This document shows, one piece after another, positions 57,870 to 60,011 of a DNA stretch of 60,011 bases. The position numbers were made by a program, and so were the translations under genes. The notes beneath the pieces were generated by a model. That model worked only from the letters and a program-made list of their open reading frames with translations. It did no database searches and was not told where the DNA came from. This stretch comes from Eubacteriales bacterium (lineage in GTDB: Bacteria > Bacillota > Clostridia > Oscillospirales > SIG627), in assembly GCA_045655865.1 (NCBI GenBank), contig JAZOQB010000007.1:1-60011 (forward strand). The letters are read 5' to 3'. The stretch's first letter is position 1. Each line of letters opens with the position of its first letter.

Positions 57870-58286
57870 TTGAATATGTTAAAATTGGTCATCGGTTTAA
57901 AGGGTAGCGGCAAAACCAAGCAACTCATCGAGCAGGCAAACAAAGCCGTAGAGCATTCTCCCGGTCATGTGGTTTGCATTGAGAAGTCCAACAAACTTAT
58001 TTTTGATGTGAATCATAAAGTCCGTCTGGTGGATACTGAGGCGTATTCCATTACCAACGCTCAAGAGCTTTTCGGTTTGGTTTGCGGCATCCTGGCTACC
58101 AATTACGACGTGAAAGACCTTTTCATTGATTCCTCTTTGAAGATCTGCAAAGATGACGTAGCAGAGTGGACGGAATTTTTAGGAAAGCTGGATCAGATCT
58201 GCGAAAAGTACGAGGTGCAGTGCATGACCACCTCTTCTATCGATCAAAAAGAACTACCTCAGATTTTGGAGAAGTACGTATATTAA
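57870..58286 (+). CDS. Small P-loop NTP-binding protein of unknown function
   Basis: N-terminal Walker A GLKGSGKT; Walker-B-like LFIDS; start is TTG 57870 or ATG 57876. Confidence 0.85.
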   Translation: MNMLKLVIGLKGSGKTKQLIEQANKAVEHSPGHVVCIEKSNKLIFDVNHKVRLVDTEAYSITNAQELFGLVCGILATNYDVKDLFIDSSLKICKDDVAEWTEFLGKLDQICEKYEVQCMTTSSIDQKELPQILEKYVY

Positions 58287-58287
58287 T

Positions 58288-59238
58288 ATGGATTACATTG
58301 AGCTTTGTCTCTCAATGCCGCAAGAAAAGGTCGATCAGGTATCGACCTTTCTTGTTGCCGGGGGATATGATACTTTTGAAATTTGCGACTTGAGCGATTT
58401 GGTGGAAAACGCCGGCGCCATGTTCTGCGATTATATTGAAGACGAGCTTCTGGAGAAGCAGACCGATCCTCCCTCCATCCGTTTTTATTTGGAGAGGGAA
58501 GAGATGGCACGTGCGGAAGAAATTTTGGATTATATTACCGGCGTTGCAAAGAATCTCGGCTGGAAGGACGTGACAGGGAAGATCACCCTGGTGGAAAACA
58601 GTGACTGGGATACCCGCTGGAAAGCGTATTTTGTTCCGTTTCCCGTGGGAGAGCGCCTTTTCATCAAGCCCAGCTGGGAAGATCTTTCTCCGGAAGAGAC
58701 TTTTGGGAGAGAAGTGATCGAAATGGATCCCGCCGCCGCTTTCGGCAGTGGGACTCACGCCACGACCCGTCTTTGTCTGGAGGCGTTGGAGCCCAATTTG
58801 AAGTCGGGAGACCGGGTTCTTGATATGGGTTGCGGATCCGGGATCCTGGGCATCGGTGCAAAGAAGCTAGGAGCAGGGAAGATCGTAGCGGTGGATGTAG
58901 ATGAAGCCGCCGTGCGTACTGCAGGAGAAAATTTTGAAAAGAATGGGATCGATACTGCAGATCTGACGCTTCTTTGCGGCAATATTCTCACCGAGCCGGA
59001 AGTTTTGGAAAAAATGGGAACGGGCTTTGACCTGATCTGCGCCAATATCGTAGCCCAGATTATCAAAGATATGGCCCCGTTGCTGTATCGTTCTCTCAAG
59101 CCGGGCGGGCTTCTTTTGGCTTCCGGGATCTTGGCTTGCCGGGAAGAAGAGGTAAAACAGGCACTTCTTACAGCTGGCTTCCGATTCCGTGCAAGTCACT
59201 GTTTGCAGGAGTGGATCTGCATGGAATTGACCCGCTGA
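58288..59238 (+). CDS. prmA: Ribosomal protein L11 methyltransferase
   Basis: DW---WK-YF, PSWE, DPAAAFGSGTHATT, LDMGCGSGIL, ANI-A, SGI. Confidence 0.96.
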   Translation: MDYIELCLSMPQEKVDQVSTFLVAGGYDTFEICDLSDLVENAGAMFCDYIEDELLEKQTDPPSIRFYLEREEMARAEEILDYITGVAKNLGWKDVTGKITLVENSDWDTRWKAYFVPFPVGERLFIKPSWEDLSPEETFGREVIEMDPAAAFGSGTHATTRLCLEALEPNLKSGDRVLDMGCGSGILGIGAKKLGAGKIVAVDVDEAAVRTAGENFEKNGIDTADLTLLCGNILTEPEVLEKMGTGFDLICANIVAQIIKDMAPLLYRSLKPGGLLLASGILACREEEVKQALLTAGFRFRASHCLQEWICMELTR

Positions 59239-59337
59239 AAAATTTGAAACAGGAAGTTTGAAAACAAGAGCTTTTTTGAGAAAAAAAGAGAAAACGAGAG
59301 ATAAAGAAATATTTTCTTATTTTTTTCGAAAAAAGTA

Positions 59338-59366
59338 TTGACAAACCCTTTTTATAGGGATATAAT
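59338..59366 (+). promoter_or_regulatory. Consensus sigma-A promoter of rplM-rpsI
   Basis: TTGACA-17-TATAAT, perfect match. Confidence 0.9.
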
Positions 59367-59401
59367 GACAGACGCAAATAAAGAATTTCGGAGGAAAAGC
59401 A

Positions 59402-59830
59402 ATGTCCACCTATATGGCAAAAGCCGAAACCCTGGAACGCAAGTGGTACGTTCTTGATGCACAGGGCAAACCTCTGGGAAAGGTCGCGGCCGCTGCCGCT
59501 ACCATTCTTCGCGGAAAGAATCGCCCTGAGTTTACCCCCCACGTAGATTGCGGAGAGTATGTAATCGTGATCAATGCGTCCAAGGCAGTTTTAACCGGCA
59601 AGAAATTGGAACAGAAAAAATACAGATATCACACCGGGTACATTGGCGGTCTGAAAGAGATCGGGTACAAGGAATTGATGTCGAAAAAACCTGAGAAGGC
59701 TATTTACCTGGCCGTCAAGGGAATGCTTCCTAAGAACACCATCGGCAGAAAGAGCCTCACACGTTTGAAGATCTATGCCGGCGACGCTCATCAGCATGCT
59801 GCCCAGCAGCCTGAGAGCATTGCGTTCTGA
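59402..59830 (+). CDS. rplM: 50S ribosomal protein L13
   Basis: RKWYVLDA, LRGKNRPEFTPHVDCG, HTGYIGG, AVKGMLP, HAAQQP. Confidence 0.99.
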   Translation: MSTYMAKAETLERKWYVLDAQGKPLGKVAAAAATILRGKNRPEFTPHVDCGEYVIVINASKAVLTGKKLEQKKYRYHTGYIGGLKEIGYKELMSKKPEKAIYLAVKGMLPKNTIGRKSLTRLKIYAGDAHQHAAQQPESIAF

Positions 59831-59852
59831 TTAAGAAGAAAGGAAGAAGACC

Positions 59853-60011
59853 ATGAACTATACCAGTGCGAAACCTTATTTCTACGGCACCGGCAGAAGA
59901 AAGAAGTCTATCGCCCGCGTCCGTATTTATCCCGGAACCGGCGCTATCACCATCAACAAGAGAGACATTGACGACTATTTTGGCCTTGACACCCTCAAGC
60001 TCATTGTTCGT
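59853..60011 (+). CDS. rpsI: 30S ribosomal protein S9 (5' part, truncated by the window)
   Basis: Manual translation [44 protein letters not shown]; follows rplM. Confidence 0.97.
   Translation, partial: MNYTSAKPYFYGTGRRKKSIARVRIYPGTGAITINKRDIDDYFGLDTLKLIVR

Noticed and set aside
59367-59401. L13 leader RNA upstream of rplM
   Set aside because: The consensus promoter leaves only ~30 nt of leader, with no evident structure.

Overview
A ~50% GC chromosomal segment from a spore-forming Clostridia-type Firmicute, with gene order resembling Oscillospiraceae/Ruminococcaceae-like lineages (inferred). It is mostly core housekeeping: rlmB and a divergent trmH-dprA-topA-plsX-rnc-smc-ftsY-nadD/yqeK-rsfS-leuS run, rpsU-asd-rarA, the convergent yicC-remA-gmk-rpoZ-priA-def-fmt-rsmB-rlmN-stp-prkC-rsgA operon, deoC-deoD, rel-dtd-hemZ-flippase, MATE, plsC-ispH/rpsA, an orphan GerA/SpoVAF gene, pgi, prmA and rplM-rpsI. 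No mobile elements, CRISPR arrays, tRNAs or rRNAs were seen. The most interesting parts are: (1) a ~200-nt intergenic unit at 33188-33384 with its own promoter and terminator, carrying a duplicated AGGAGGTACGGTCC motif, seven GGA motifs and a 7-codon mini-ORF (candidate novel sRNA); (2) a cobalamin-riboswitch-controlled ECF operon that encodes an alpha-barrel lipoprotein and two DUF4430-like proteins as separate genes (a possible 'split transcobalamin'), led by a stand-alone HNH-associated-repeat protein; (3) a Crp/Fnr regulator plus NitT/TauT ABC operon with a candidate autoregulatory operator; (4) a large membrane protein at the left edge, missed by the ORF track, with a degenerate P1B-ATPase-like membrane segment. 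All family assignments come from motif recognition by eye, not database searches.
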